Positions 29,354 through 38,177 of a stretch of DNA of 64,000 nt are shown one piece after another. The notes beneath the pieces are model-generated. The model was not told where the DNA came from. It was given only the letters and a program-made list of their open reading frames with translations, and made no database searches. This stretch comes from Candidatus Hydrothermarchaeum profundi (lineage in GTDB: Archaea; Hydrothermarchaeota; Hydrothermarchaeia; Hydrothermarchaeales; Hydrothermarchaeaceae). The stretch lies in NCBI GenBank assembly GCA_002011125.2, contig MTMF02000009.1:1544989-1608988 (forward strand). The letters run 5' to 3'. The first letter of the stretch is position 1; every line of letters starts with the position of its first letter. The translations under genes were made by a program, and so were the position numbers.

Positions 29354-30606
29354 AATACCGCCTCCCTCAATTCCTCCGCCGTTGCATCTTTGCTAACAAT
29401 CACGTCAGGAGCAAAACTCTTTATGCCTATCTCTTCCTCGAGCTTTTTCTTTCCACCTCCTGTAATATTCAGAAGAATAAGTTCTCTATCCCCTACTTTA
29501 CCTTTTTCAACGGCTTGCATAAGTGATGCAACAGCGATTCCTGCGGCCGGGTGGATATCAATACCCTCTAACGACTTGAAAATTTTAGAGGCTTTAATGC
29601 CTTCACTATTAGTAACAGCATACATCTCGCCATTAGTATTCTTTAGTGCGTCATAGACTCCACCCCGAATACTATAAAGCGGGTACTTGGTGGATAGAAC
29701 TCTTGCAAATATAACATCAAGGATGTCCTCTCTCAAAGGATAATCTTCTCCAGGTATTATCTCTCTCCTTTTCTCGCTCCATGCTTTAACCATAGGTATA
29801 AATGGATAATTCTGGGAAAGATGGAGCTTAGGTAATTTTTTCCCAAAACGCCCATCTTCCAGTAACCGTAGAGAAGCCTCCCATACAGCTATTCCTCCCG
29901 TACCACTTCCGGCAGCTTGAAAATAATGATTAGGAAGTTTACCAGTTTTTCTCACCGCACTTAATAGCACAGTGCCTAAAGCATCTCGTCTAGCAATACT
30001 ATTCCCTCCTCCCTCATATGCTACTTCCTTTGAAGAAAGTTTTTTTGCAAGAGCAATGGCATCTGAATAATCCCCGTCTCCAACAGTGACAAGCTTGACA
30101 TATTCTCTATCTATACTTGGAGCCCAACAATCACATAGACATTTCTCTGGTACTAATATAACCACCGGAAACTTTTTCCTTGAGGCAATATATGCAAAAG
30201 CATTAGCAGTGTTACCCGCAGAGGCAATGATCAGTTTCTTAAAGGGGCTTCCCTGAGCATATTGGAACGTTACAACCGCCTCAAGTTCTTTAAATGTGCA
30301 TGTTTTGATTAAAGCGCCTATTTCAGGCCAGTATCCATTAAAGGCGATATAAAGATTTTTTAAGCCTAAATAGTCAGCGAGATGCTCGCTTTTATATACA
30401 ATTGGTCTACCTTCATAGCTATCAATTTTTTCGACCGGTAGCCAATCGTAAAACTCCCATATGCCTGGGAGAATTCTGAAGTTTAGATACCTGAGGTAGT
30501 ATGAGCTTCTAATTAAGGAATAATGCTTATCACAGCTAAATTTAAACTTTTCATGAATATCTAGTATCGTATTATCTTTAGCGCATCTAAGCACGTATTT
30601 GCCCAT
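29350..30606 (-). CDS. Cysteate synthase (threonine synthase-like, PLP-dependent)
   Basis: AFNGYWPE..TCTFKELEA, ASAGNTA, EGGGNSIARRDALG, YFQAAGSGTG; adjacent to comDE. Confidence 0.9.
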   Translation of the reverse strand: MGKYVLRCAKDNTILDIHEKFKFSCDKHYSLIRSSYYLRYLNFRILPGIWEFYDWLPVEKIDSYEGRPIVYKSEHLADYLGLKNLYIAFNGYWPEIGALIKTCTFKELEAVVTFQYAQGSPFKKLIIASAGNTANAFAYIASRKKFPVVILVPEKCLCDCWAPSIDREYVKLVTVGDGDYSDAIALAKKLSSKEVAYEGGGNSIARRDALGTVLLSAVRKTGKLPNHYFQAAGSGTGGIAVWEASLRLLEDGRFGKKLPKLHLSQNYPFIPMVKAWSEKRREIIPGEDYPLREDILDVIFARVLSTKYPLYSIRGGVYDALKNTNGEMYAVTNSEGIKASKIFKSLEGIDIHPAAGIAVASLMQAVEKGKVGDRELILLNITGGGKKKLEEEIGIKSFAPDVIVSKDATAEELREAVF

Positions 30607-30737
30607 GGTCCTAAGCCTTAATAATTTAACATTCTTTAATAGTTTTCTACCAGGATATGATGCGTTATAGCTATTCTATAACATTGTTATGTTTATATTG
30701 AAACAATTACACAACAAATGAAGAATTAACCCGCTAT

Positions 30738-31148
30738 TCACTTCTCGCTAAGATTTTTTACATAAGAAGTAATAGTATCTATTTCTTCCTCCGATAACCT
30801 TCCACTAAATGACGGCATAAGTGAAGCATATTCATCATACCTCTTTTCTTCATAGCCTCTCCCCTCTTGTATAACTTTTTTAATTTCCTCTAAAGTAGCT
30901 TCTTGAATCCAAGTATTTCCCTGAATAGCCGGAGCAATACCCGTACCACCTGCGCCCTCGCTTCCATGACATCCTTCACATACCGCAAATAGCTCCATAG
31001 CCTCTGTTGCAATAGGTGTTTCTACTTGAGTAGCCTCAGTTTGCTTTTGATATTTTTCACTTTCTACGGGAGTAGAAGATTCTTCACTCTGTTGCAAACA
31101 CGCTGAGAACACTCCAATTACAACCAAAATAATAATGATTCTTTTCAT
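30738..31148 (-). CDS. Monoheme cytochrome c lipoprotein
   Basis: Lipobox-like FSAC, CEGCH heme motif, distal MPSF. Confidence 0.9.
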   Translation of the reverse strand: MKRIIIILVVIGVFSACLQQSEESSTPVESEKYQKQTEATQVETPIATEAMELFAVCEGCHGSEGAGGTGIAPAIQGNTWIQEATLEEIKKVIQEGRGYEEKRYDEYASLMPSFSGRLSEEEIDTITSYVKNLSEK

Positions 31149-31198
31149 TTTTATAACACAGTATCTAAGTTAAAATTTTATTCATCGTTTAAATTATT

Positions 31199-31453
31199 TT
31201 ACCTTATCTCAATCTTCTCTTGTTTCCTAAGATATCTCAACACAACCTCGGGCTGGTACCTACACTCCTTACAGTTCTCACCAAAATCATTTATTCCATT
31301 ACATTTTTCCCCGCCCATAGCATTCAAAATCACAGAACCGTCTTCCTCTTCTACTTGCTCTAATTTAAAAAAATAGTATGATCTCATAGCTACGAGATCC
31401 TCTTTTGTAACTCCATCCAGCTTTACTCTACATAATACCATACCATTTCTCAC
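31199..31453 (-). CDS. Small Cys-containing hypothetical protein
   Basis: In operon between the HdrD-like and cytochrome c genes; C..CKEC pattern. Confidence 0.6.
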   Translation of the reverse strand: MRNGMVLCRVKLDGVTKEDLVAMRSYYFFKLEQVEEEDGSVILNAMGGEKCNGINDFGENCKECRYQPEVVLRYLRKQEKIEIR

Positions 31454-31454
31454 C

Positions 31455-32729
31455 CTAAAGCAGTTTCATAGCGTATTGCAATACATCATTAAATCTTATT
31501 CCCGCCTCATATTTTTTCCATTCCTCGCCATAAGGAGGAGCAATTCTTCTATGAACATAAACTGCATAACAAGCAGGACAGCACATAAGTAAGGTCTTAG
31601 CACCCGCATTCTTAGCGTCTTGTATAAGCAATTTCCCCATCTCCATGGCTAATTCAGGTTTATATAACCGTATTCCTCCTCCGGCACCGCAACACCTCGT
31701 AGTTTCTCCATGTCTTTCCATTTCAACGAACTCTACTCCGGGTAGGCTCTTTATAAACTTTCTAACAGTTTCAATAACAGCAGGTCCCTTTAGTCCCCTT
31801 GATAATTGACAGGGGTCATGAAAGGTTACCACGTCATCAATAGATTTACTGAACTCTAGCTCTCCGTTATCCACTTTCTCCCATGCAAACTGAATTACAT
31901 GCTCTACTTTAAAAGGCAGCTTACCACCATATACTTTAGGCCAAACAGCTCTCAACTGCTGAAGACAACATGGGCATGAGACAATTAACTTACTTATACC
32001 CCGCTCTTCTATTTTCTCAATATTATGATCCACTAGCTCTTGGAGTATCTCCCATTGACCTGTTACCGCTGGAGGAAAACCGCAACACCATTCCTCTTCA
32101 GGATCTAACATTGTAAATTCAGTGCCAGAAGCTTTAAAGATCCGTAAAGCTCCCTCCACCATTGGAGCAGCATTATAGGATAACCCGCATCCCTCAAAAT
32201 ATCCAACTTCAGCCTTCTCAGCGATCTTTATATCTTCTGGTAACCAGATTCTAAATCTTTCCTCTTGAGGTTGATTATAAATATTACGTGTTTCTTTTAC
32301 AAATTTTACTAAATTTGGTATTCCACCAGGAGGTGTAACTCCTAAATCAACCATTTTCCGCCGTAGGGTCCACCATAACCTCTGGGTATGAATTCCTACC
32401 TCACAAACCGGTCCACAGCCGCCACAGCCGGTACATGTATAAAGAGCGTCTATAAATTTCGCGAGACTCTCTTCGTCAATTGGCTTAGGTCCAAAAATTT
32501 TTGCTCTAAGTCCATAAGCGTTATCAACAAACTTCTTAAACATCTTAATTTTAGAAGGAGTAGAAATAGAAGGATCCTTTGTTACATCCTGAATTGGACA
32601 CCAATTAAGACATTCACTACATGTAACACATGCTTCAAGTTCAATTAACTGCTCTTTTGAGATATTATCAAGAAGATGCTTCAACTTCTCTTTCTCAAGG
32701 GCTTCCTTACCCAACCAAGCTACCTCCAA
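31455..32729 (-). CDS. HdrD/GlpC-like Fe-S oxidoreductase (2x4Fe-4S plus two CCG domains)
   Basis: CVTCSECLNWCP, CTGCGGCGPVC, WCCGF..CPCC, HDPC..CCGAGGG..CPAC. Confidence 0.9.
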   Translation of the reverse strand: MEVAWLGKEALEKEKLKHLLDNISKEQLIELEACVTCSECLNWCPIQDVTKDPSISTPSKIKMFKKFVDNAYGLRAKIFGPKPIDEESLAKFIDALYTCTGCGGCGPVCEVGIHTQRLWWTLRRKMVDLGVTPPGGIPNLVKFVKETRNIYNQPQEERFRIWLPEDIKIAEKAEVGYFEGCGLSYNAAPMVEGALRIFKASGTEFTMLDPEEEWCCGFPPAVTGQWEILQELVDHNIEKIEERGISKLIVSCPCCLQQLRAVWPKVYGGKLPFKVEHVIQFAWEKVDNGELEFSKSIDDVVTFHDPCQLSRGLKGPAVIETVRKFIKSLPGVEFVEMERHGETTRCCGAGGGIRLYKPELAMEMGKLLIQDAKNAGAKTLLMCCPACYAVYVHRRIAPPYGEEWKKYEAGIRFNDVLQYAMKLL

Positions 32730-32777
32730 ACTTCAACTTTATTATTCTCTTAATTCTCTTATATAGCATAGTAGTCA

Positions 32778-33569
32778 TTAAATTGGTCTAATTTCGGCAC
32801 GCTTTGATGCTGCGTATGTAGTTATCTGTGCTGCAAATATATGGAAGAACTTCGAATAAGGAATGTAAGCAATAAAAATCAATGAAAAACTAGCGTGACT
32901 AGCCCACATCAAAAGATATGCCGACTTCAAAGAAGTGGTAGTAGCTATGCCACCCAATGCCGAGGCGACTAATCCTCCTATAGGTGACCAATCCATATTC
33001 AATGGCTGTAAAATAGCAAGCCTTGCCCCTTCAACAAGGAACCCAGTAACGGTGATTAAAAGAAGTAGAGAGAGGATAATACCATCCTGCAAACTAACAA
33101 CCATCCGCTCCGGTTTTATTATATATTTCCTTATTAAAGCAACTATAACACCAACCATTAATACTACTCCCGCTATGTCCAAAATAAAAGAATAGACAAA
33201 GTAAACATTACCTCTCAAAAAACTAAACAAGTAATGGTCAATACTCGAGAGTAATGTACCTACAAAAAGTATTATAAAACTCCAGACTATTCCAGCTAAC
33301 ATTAAAGCTCTAAGAGGGCTTCTTCTATAAACTCTCCTAGCTAATAGGCACTCTAAAGCAAAAAATTTAGAAAAGCTCAATATAAAGAAGTTAAATACTC
33401 CAGCCCCTTTTAAGGGGCTCTCTTCCTCATCTTCACCTTTTAGCCAAATAGAAACCTTAACCCATAAACCAACAAAGAATATTACGATCACGGCAAAAGC
33501 AGCAGAATAAAACACTGCCTGTAAGCTTACAGGCACGTTCCAAAACACTTCTCTCAACGCCTCGCCCAT
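32778..33569 (-). CDS. NarI/HdrE/DsrM-like membrane cytochrome b subunit
   Basis: Multiple TM helices, TGFLVEGARLA, WASH, IPYSKFFHIF. Confidence 0.85.
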   Translation of the reverse strand: MGEALREVFWNVPVSLQAVFYSAAFAVIVIFFVGLWVKVSIWLKGEDEEESPLKGAGVFNFFILSFSKFFALECLLARRVYRRSPLRALMLAGIVWSFIILFVGTLLSSIDHYLFSFLRGNVYFVYSFILDIAGVVLMVGVIVALIRKYIIKPERMVVSLQDGIILSLLLLITVTGFLVEGARLAILQPLNMDWSPIGGLVASALGGIATTTSLKSAYLLMWASHASFSLIFIAYIPYSKFFHIFAAQITTYAASKRAEIRPI

Positions 33570-33669
33570 AAAATAATCTAATTTCTATAGATATATAAAT
33601 TTTTCTAATAGCATTATCGAAAAAATTGTATGACTAAGATAATTTTAAGGGATAAGAAAGAAACACTAT

Positions 33670-34188
33670 TTACAATTTTTGAACATAACTTATCAATGAA
33701 ATTAACTGCTCTTCACTTAAGGGGCCCTCGTACATAAATGCAATTTTCCCTTCTCTAGAAACAAGCACAGTAGTAGGTATTACCCTGACTCCATAGAGGA
33801 AAGTCAGTTCAGCTTTTGAATCTAAAGCAATAGGATAAGTAATATTGAACTCTTTTACAAAATTCTCTATATCTTTTTTATCTTCTCCATTATTAATTCC
33901 GATAAGTACAAAATTTTCGCTTTGATATTTCTTCCATACCCTCTCAAGTTCCGGGGCTTCAAATCTGCATGAAGGGCACCATGAAGCCCAAAAGTTTAGA
34001 ACTACTACCTTACCATAATAGTCTTCTAAATTAATATTCCCGCCGTTCAAAGAGGGTAACGAGAATTCTGGAGCCGTAAAATTTATTATAGGCAAGTCTT
34101 GTGCTTCAATATTTATTTCCTCCACACCTTCGAGCGATAAGCACCCTAAAAGAAATATAAGAAAGCCCAAAAAAATGAGATGTTTCAT
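33670..34188 (-). CDS. TlpA/ResA-family thiol-disulfide oxidoreductase lipoprotein
   Basis: LLGC lipobox, NFWASWCPSC, IPTT; start ATG 34188 (track 34212). Confidence 0.9.
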   Translation of the reverse strand: MKHLIFLGFLIFLLGCLSLEGVEEINIEAQDLPIINFTAPEFSLPSLNGGNINLEDYYGKVVVLNFWASWCPSCRFEAPELERVWKKYQSENFVLIGINNGEDKKDIENFVKEFNITYPIALDSKAELTFLYGVRVIPTTVLVSREGKIAFMYEGPLSEEQLISLISYVQKL

Positions 34189-34201
34189 ACTGTCAACCCT
34201 T

Positions 34202-34807
34202 TTAACAATCACAATCCGGATTATTTTTTACTTCTACCTTGCTGCGCCAAGTTACTTCATATGTTTTCTCAGGGGGCGGAGCTTGAATGTACACTTTATA
34301 TAATCCAAGTTGCTCTACATCATAGTTGGTAGGTATTCTAGCTAAATAAACGCCAGTATCTCCTATCTCTTTCGAATATCTTTCTTCTATCTCATTCAAT
34401 TCTAAACCTTTTCCACCATAAATTATAATCGAATAATAAGGCCTGCTCCCATATTTCTTTAAAGAATCGATGTCGTAAAAAATTAATACTTGGTCTGTTG
34501 TTTTATCAAAACCAGGGGAGGTAACTTCGGGTATTCCATCGCCAGGGATTATCGTTAGCTTTTTCTCTATCTCATCCGGCCCCCATCGATGAAATGATCT
34601 TTGAAAAGGCCCTCCGACAATATTCGGTTTGACTTCTTCTGGAATAACTATTTTATAACCGATTATTCCATTTATACTAGCTTTTTTTAACCATCTAGTA
34701 TCGGGATCCTTCTCAAAAGCAATAAGATTCCCGCTAATATAACTGATCACTGTAAAAAGGGCGAATAATAGACTTATGATAAGAATTAACCTTTTCTTAT
34801 AGAACAT
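34202..34807 (-). CDS. Membrane-anchored hypothetical protein ending in CxC
   Basis: N-terminal TM helix; C-terminal PDCDC. Confidence 0.65.
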   Translation of the reverse strand: MFYKKRLILIISLLFALFTVISYISGNLIAFEKDPDTRWLKKASINGIIGYKIVIPEEVKPNIVGGPFQRSFHRWGPDEIEKKLTIIPGDGIPEVTSPGFDKTTDQVLIFYDIDSLKKYGSRPYYSIIIYGGKGLELNEIEERYSKEIGDTGVYLARIPTNYDVEQLGLYKVYIQAPPPEKTYEVTWRSKVEVKNNPDCDC

Positions 34808-34844
34808 TTATTTTGAAAAGAATAACTTAACCACAAAAATGATT

Positions 34845-34881
34845 TCGAAAAAAACGAATATCAAATCGAAATTTTTAAATA
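34845..34881 (+). promoter_or_regulatory. Shared promoter motif (TCG at 21-bp spacing plus BRE/TATA), copy 1
   Basis: TCGAAAAAAACGAATATCAAATCGAAATTTTTAAATA aligns without gaps to 39171-39207(-) and 44883-44919(+). Confidence 0.6.
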
Positions 34882-34903
34882 TTTATTATACCATAGTATT
34901 TTT

Positions 34904-34978
34904 GCACAAGGGGAGAATAGTAGAGTAGTTTTACTCTTCACCTCCTCCATTCCCCCCCTTGTGTCCTTCCCTTTTTTT
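34904..34978 (+). ncRNA. Candidate structured small RNA with exposed anti-Shine-Dalgarno sequence
   Basis: Upstream BRE/TATA, nested stems, unpaired TCACCTCCTCC, T7 terminator tract, no plus-strand gene follows. Confidence 0.45.
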
Positions 34979-34983
34979 GAAAA

Positions 34984-35550
34984 CTAATTTCTATGTAATT
35001 TAATAATTACAGAAGGTTTTTTATCGAATGTTCCCCAGTACCACCTAAACTCTTCAGGAGCTGCTTCAAGGGGTATTTCAAATACTATCCAACCATCATA
35101 TTTTTGTCCGGGTAACAAGGTCTGTATAGACATAAACATTGGAAAATAATATTTGGATATTTCATCTGGCGTAGAATCGCGCAGTATCTTTGAGGTTATC
35201 CCTGGACTGTAAGTCTCTCCATCCACAGTCCGTAACTCCTTCCAATCATAGCCTAGCAGATGAAATCGTTCTTCCCCTATATTAGTTATCTCCAGATGAA
35301 TTAGGACGAATTTAAAACCTGGTGGTGCTCTGATTGTTTCATAGCCTCCTTCCGTTACATAAGTGCCAAAAGGATACTCCTCAGCAAGAAAGGATTTCCT
35401 AACAACCACGTTGCTGGTTTTATACTCTACAACACGTAGGGAGATATTTCCACTTTCAGGAGATTTAGATATAGTACCTTCCCCCCTAAAATAGGATATT
35501 ACCAATGATAACAGTAGTACAAGGATAATCCATTTTATAATTTTTCTCAT
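34984..35550 (-). CDS. DUF4352-like membrane-anchored Ig-fold protein
   Basis: GFKFVLIHLEITNIG, TLLPGQKYDGWIVFEIP; start ATG 35550 (track 35565). Confidence 0.75.
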   Translation of the reverse strand: MRKIIKWIILVLLLSLVISYFRGEGTISKSPESGNISLRVVEYKTSNVVVRKSFLAEEYPFGTYVTEGGYETIRAPPGFKFVLIHLEITNIGEERFHLLGYDWKELRTVDGETYSPGITSKILRDSTPDEISKYYFPMFMSIQTLLPGQKYDGWIVFEIPLEAAPEEFRWYWGTFDKKPSVIIKLHRN

Positions 35551-35617
35551 TATTATATAGTTCAAAATTATTGTATTGGTAACATTATTAAATTTCTTCC
35601 TAATTTGTAAAAAAGGT

Positions 35618-36418
35618 TTAATGTCCCTCTTTCAACTCTAACTCTTTGCCTCGTTTTAATTCCTCTGAAAGTATCGACGCAACTTTATTCGCATATTCTA
35701 AGACTTTTAGATCATCTCTCGCAACTTCCCATCTCTCCTTAGGGAGATCTATGTCTATAATTTCCTTTATTTTACCAGGCCTTGCTGACATACAAACGAC
35801 TCTTTGAGACAGGTAAACCGCTTCCTCTACATCATGGGTTACAAAAAGTACTGTCTTATTTTCGTTATACCAATATTTTAGTAGTTCAACTTGTAGATAC
35901 CTACGAGTATGCCAGTCTAGTGAACTCGTTGGCTCATCGCAAAGAACAATATCTGGGTCCAGAGCACATACCCTCGCCATTCCCACCATTTGCTTTTGGC
36001 CCTCAGATATCTCATGAGGGTACTTATCCTTAAAATTGTCTACACCTATTATCTTCATCCATTTATCTCCTACTCTCCTCACTTCATCTTTAGGAAGCCC
36101 CTTATTTTCTAATCCAAAGTAAATATTTTCCTGAGCAGTCATCCATGGCAGGAGACGAATATCTTGATAAATAACAGATCTTCGCCAGTCACAATTTTTA
36201 AATACTTTTTCCCCATTAAATAAAACTTCTCCCTCCTGGTAATCTTCAAGACCCGCCGCGATTCTGAGAAATGTGGTCTTACCGCACCCAGAAGGGCCTA
36301 TTATCGATACGAACTCTCCATCATAAATCTCTAAACTCACTCTATCAAGGGCCCATATATCCGGGGGGTATACCTTTGTTAAATTCGTTGCTTTTAAAAT
36401 CACCTTGGAATTATTCAT
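35618..36418 (-). CDS. ABC transporter ATP-binding protein, NitT/TauT/SsuB family
   Basis: GPSGCGKTT, variant signature ISEGQKQ, LCDEP, FVTHDVEEAVYLS. Confidence 0.92.
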   Translation of the reverse strand: MNNSKVILKATNLTKVYPPDIWALDRVSLEIYDGEFVSIIGPSGCGKTTFLRIAAGLEDYQEGEVLFNGEKVFKNCDWRRSVIYQDIRLLPWMTAQENIYFGLENKGLPKDEVRRVGDKWMKIIGVDNFKDKYPHEISEGQKQMVGMARVCALDPDIVLCDEPTSSLDWHTRRYLQVELLKYWYNENKTVLFVTHDVEEAVYLSQRVVCMSARPGKIKEIIDIDLPKERWEVARDDLKVLEYANKVASILSEELKRGKELELKEGH

Positions 36419-37197
36419 GCTTCTACCTCATGCGGACTTTTAGTAAACGCTTCTTCGAATTTGCTTCTAACTGTCTCAACATAATGGGCGCATTCCTTGC
36501 TAAATCTCAGATTTGGAACTTCCCATCTCTTCTCGGGCAAATTAATATCAATTTTATCATAGATCGTACCTGGCAGGGAAGACATGACATAAACCTTCTG
36601 TGAAAGATAGACTGCTTCTTCTAATAAATGGGTCACATATACCACTGTACACCCTTTTTCATGCATTAGCTTTAAAAAGTCATCTGCTATATTACTCCGG
36701 GTCACAAGATCTAACCCGCCTAGTAGCTCATCGCATAATAGAATTGAAGGATTATTAACCATGATCATCGCAATAGTGGCTCTCCTCTGCATACCTCCAG
36801 AAAGCTCATACGGCCATTTTTCAGCAAACTTATCTATACCTAAAGTGGAAAGCCATTGTAGAGCATCTTCCCTAGCTTTTTTCTTATCTACGCCTTTAGA
36901 AATTGGCCCAAAAGTAACGTTATCTATTATCTTCATCCATGGAAAGAGAACAGTTTCTTGGAAAACCATCCCAATTTCAGGACTAGTACCTCTGACTTCT
37001 TTTTCCAGTACTTTGATACTCCCCTCTGAAGGGGTCTCTAGACCTGCGATTAGCCTAAGTAGAGTACTTTTACCGTTAGCCTGAGGCCCAACTATAGAGA
37101 TAAATTCGCCACTATTTACTTCTAGATTTACATTTTTCAAGATATATTCTCCATTCACCGTCTTTTTCCCTAATCCCTTAACTTCGATTGCTTTCAT
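36415..37197 (-). CDS. ABC transporter ATP-binding protein, NitT/TauT/SsuB family
   Basis: Variant Walker A GPQANGKST, LSGGMQRR, LCDEL, VTHLLEEAVYLS. Confidence 0.92.
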   Translation of the reverse strand: MKAIEVKGLGKKTVNGEYILKNVNLEVNSGEFISIVGPQANGKSTLLRLIAGLETPSEGSIKVLEKEVRGTSPEIGMVFQETVLFPWMKIIDNVTFGPISKGVDKKKAREDALQWLSTLGIDKFAEKWPYELSGGMQRRATIAMIMVNNPSILLCDELLGGLDLVTRSNIADDFLKLMHEKGCTVVYVTHLLEEAVYLSQKVYVMSSLPGTIYDKIDINLPEKRWEVPNLRFSKECAHYVETVRSKFEEAFTKSPHEVEA

Positions 37198-37210
37198 GCC
37201 AAATCCCCTT

Positions 37211-38173
37211 TTAAATCCTCCTCATCCACCTTAGGAGCCTTGCTTGAACCATATCAAAACCGAATGTAATCCAGAAAAAGACCCAGAAGGATATCAGTAG
37301 TATAGCGGCTACCACTTTATCAAAATATCCAATATCAGTATGATACATCAAATAGAATCCAAGTCCTGTATGTGCCCCAACCATTTCTCCAGCCGTTAAC
37401 AGCACAAATGCCAAAACGAGGCCAATCAAACACCCAGCAAGAATAGTCGGCATAGCGCTAGGAATAATGATCCTTCTTAATATCCTTTTCTCACTTGCTC
37501 CTAATATTTTTGCAAATTCGATGTACCTTCGGTCTACATTGTAGACTCCAAACAAAGTATTGATGAAAATAGGCCAAAACGCCCCTATATACACCATGAA
37601 AATTATCGCATGGCTTATAGAAGGAAATACAGCAATAGCATATGGCAAATAGACCACCGGAGGCACATGCGCAGTAACTTTCGCAAGAGGGTAAGCCACC
37701 TCAAATCTTCTCATTGTCCTACCAAACCATATACCCCCTGGAATACCTGTAATTAAAGCCAGAAAATATCCGGCAAAAGCTCTAAAAATTGAATCCCTTG
37801 AACTCTTATAAGTTAAGAAGTAAAAATCTGAATAAAAGACATCAAAAACAGTGTTTGGAGAAGGAAAACTGTGAGTATTAAGCTTCCCTATCTTGCCGAC
37901 CACTACAAGCCACAGAAAGAAAAATACTCCAAAGACCAACGCAGCATTCATTACTGTTATCACTCGCGCTTTCGGTTGCTTTTTTAATAAAATTCCGAAT
38001 ACGAGATAAGACAAGAGGATCAAAGTAAAGATCATTATTATAGAATTAAATACCTCTTTAGGCTGATTTGGTCTATTAGCGGCATCTGGCAATGTCACGT
38101 TTAACAAGATTAGGAAAGGCCAAATTAGCAAACCTGCTAATGCTATCACAGCCTCACTCTTAGTTAGTCTCAT
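37211..38173 (-). CDS. ABC transporter permease, NitT/TauT/SsuC family
   Basis: FPSP, FWPIFINTLFGV, EFAKILGAS EAA loop, GEMVGA. Confidence 0.92.
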   Translation of the reverse strand: MRLTKSEAVIALAGLLIWPFLILLNVTLPDAANRPNQPKEVFNSIIMIFTLILLSYLVFGILLKKQPKARVITVMNAALVFGVFFFLWLVVVGKIGKLNTHSFPSPNTVFDVFYSDFYFLTYKSSRDSIFRAFAGYFLALITGIPGGIWFGRTMRRFEVAYPLAKVTAHVPPVVYLPYAIAVFPSISHAIIFMVYIGAFWPIFINTLFGVYNVDRRYIEFAKILGASEKRILRRIIIPSAMPTILAGCLIGLVLAFVLLTAGEMVGAHTGLGFYLMYHTDIGYFDKVVAAILLISFWVFFWITFGFDMVQARLLRWMRRI

Positions 38174-38177
38174 AATC

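Noticed and set aside
34904-34963. Minus-strand hairpin as an archaeal SECIS element
   Set aside because: No upstream gene with an in-frame TGA and no GC-rich apical stem after GAA
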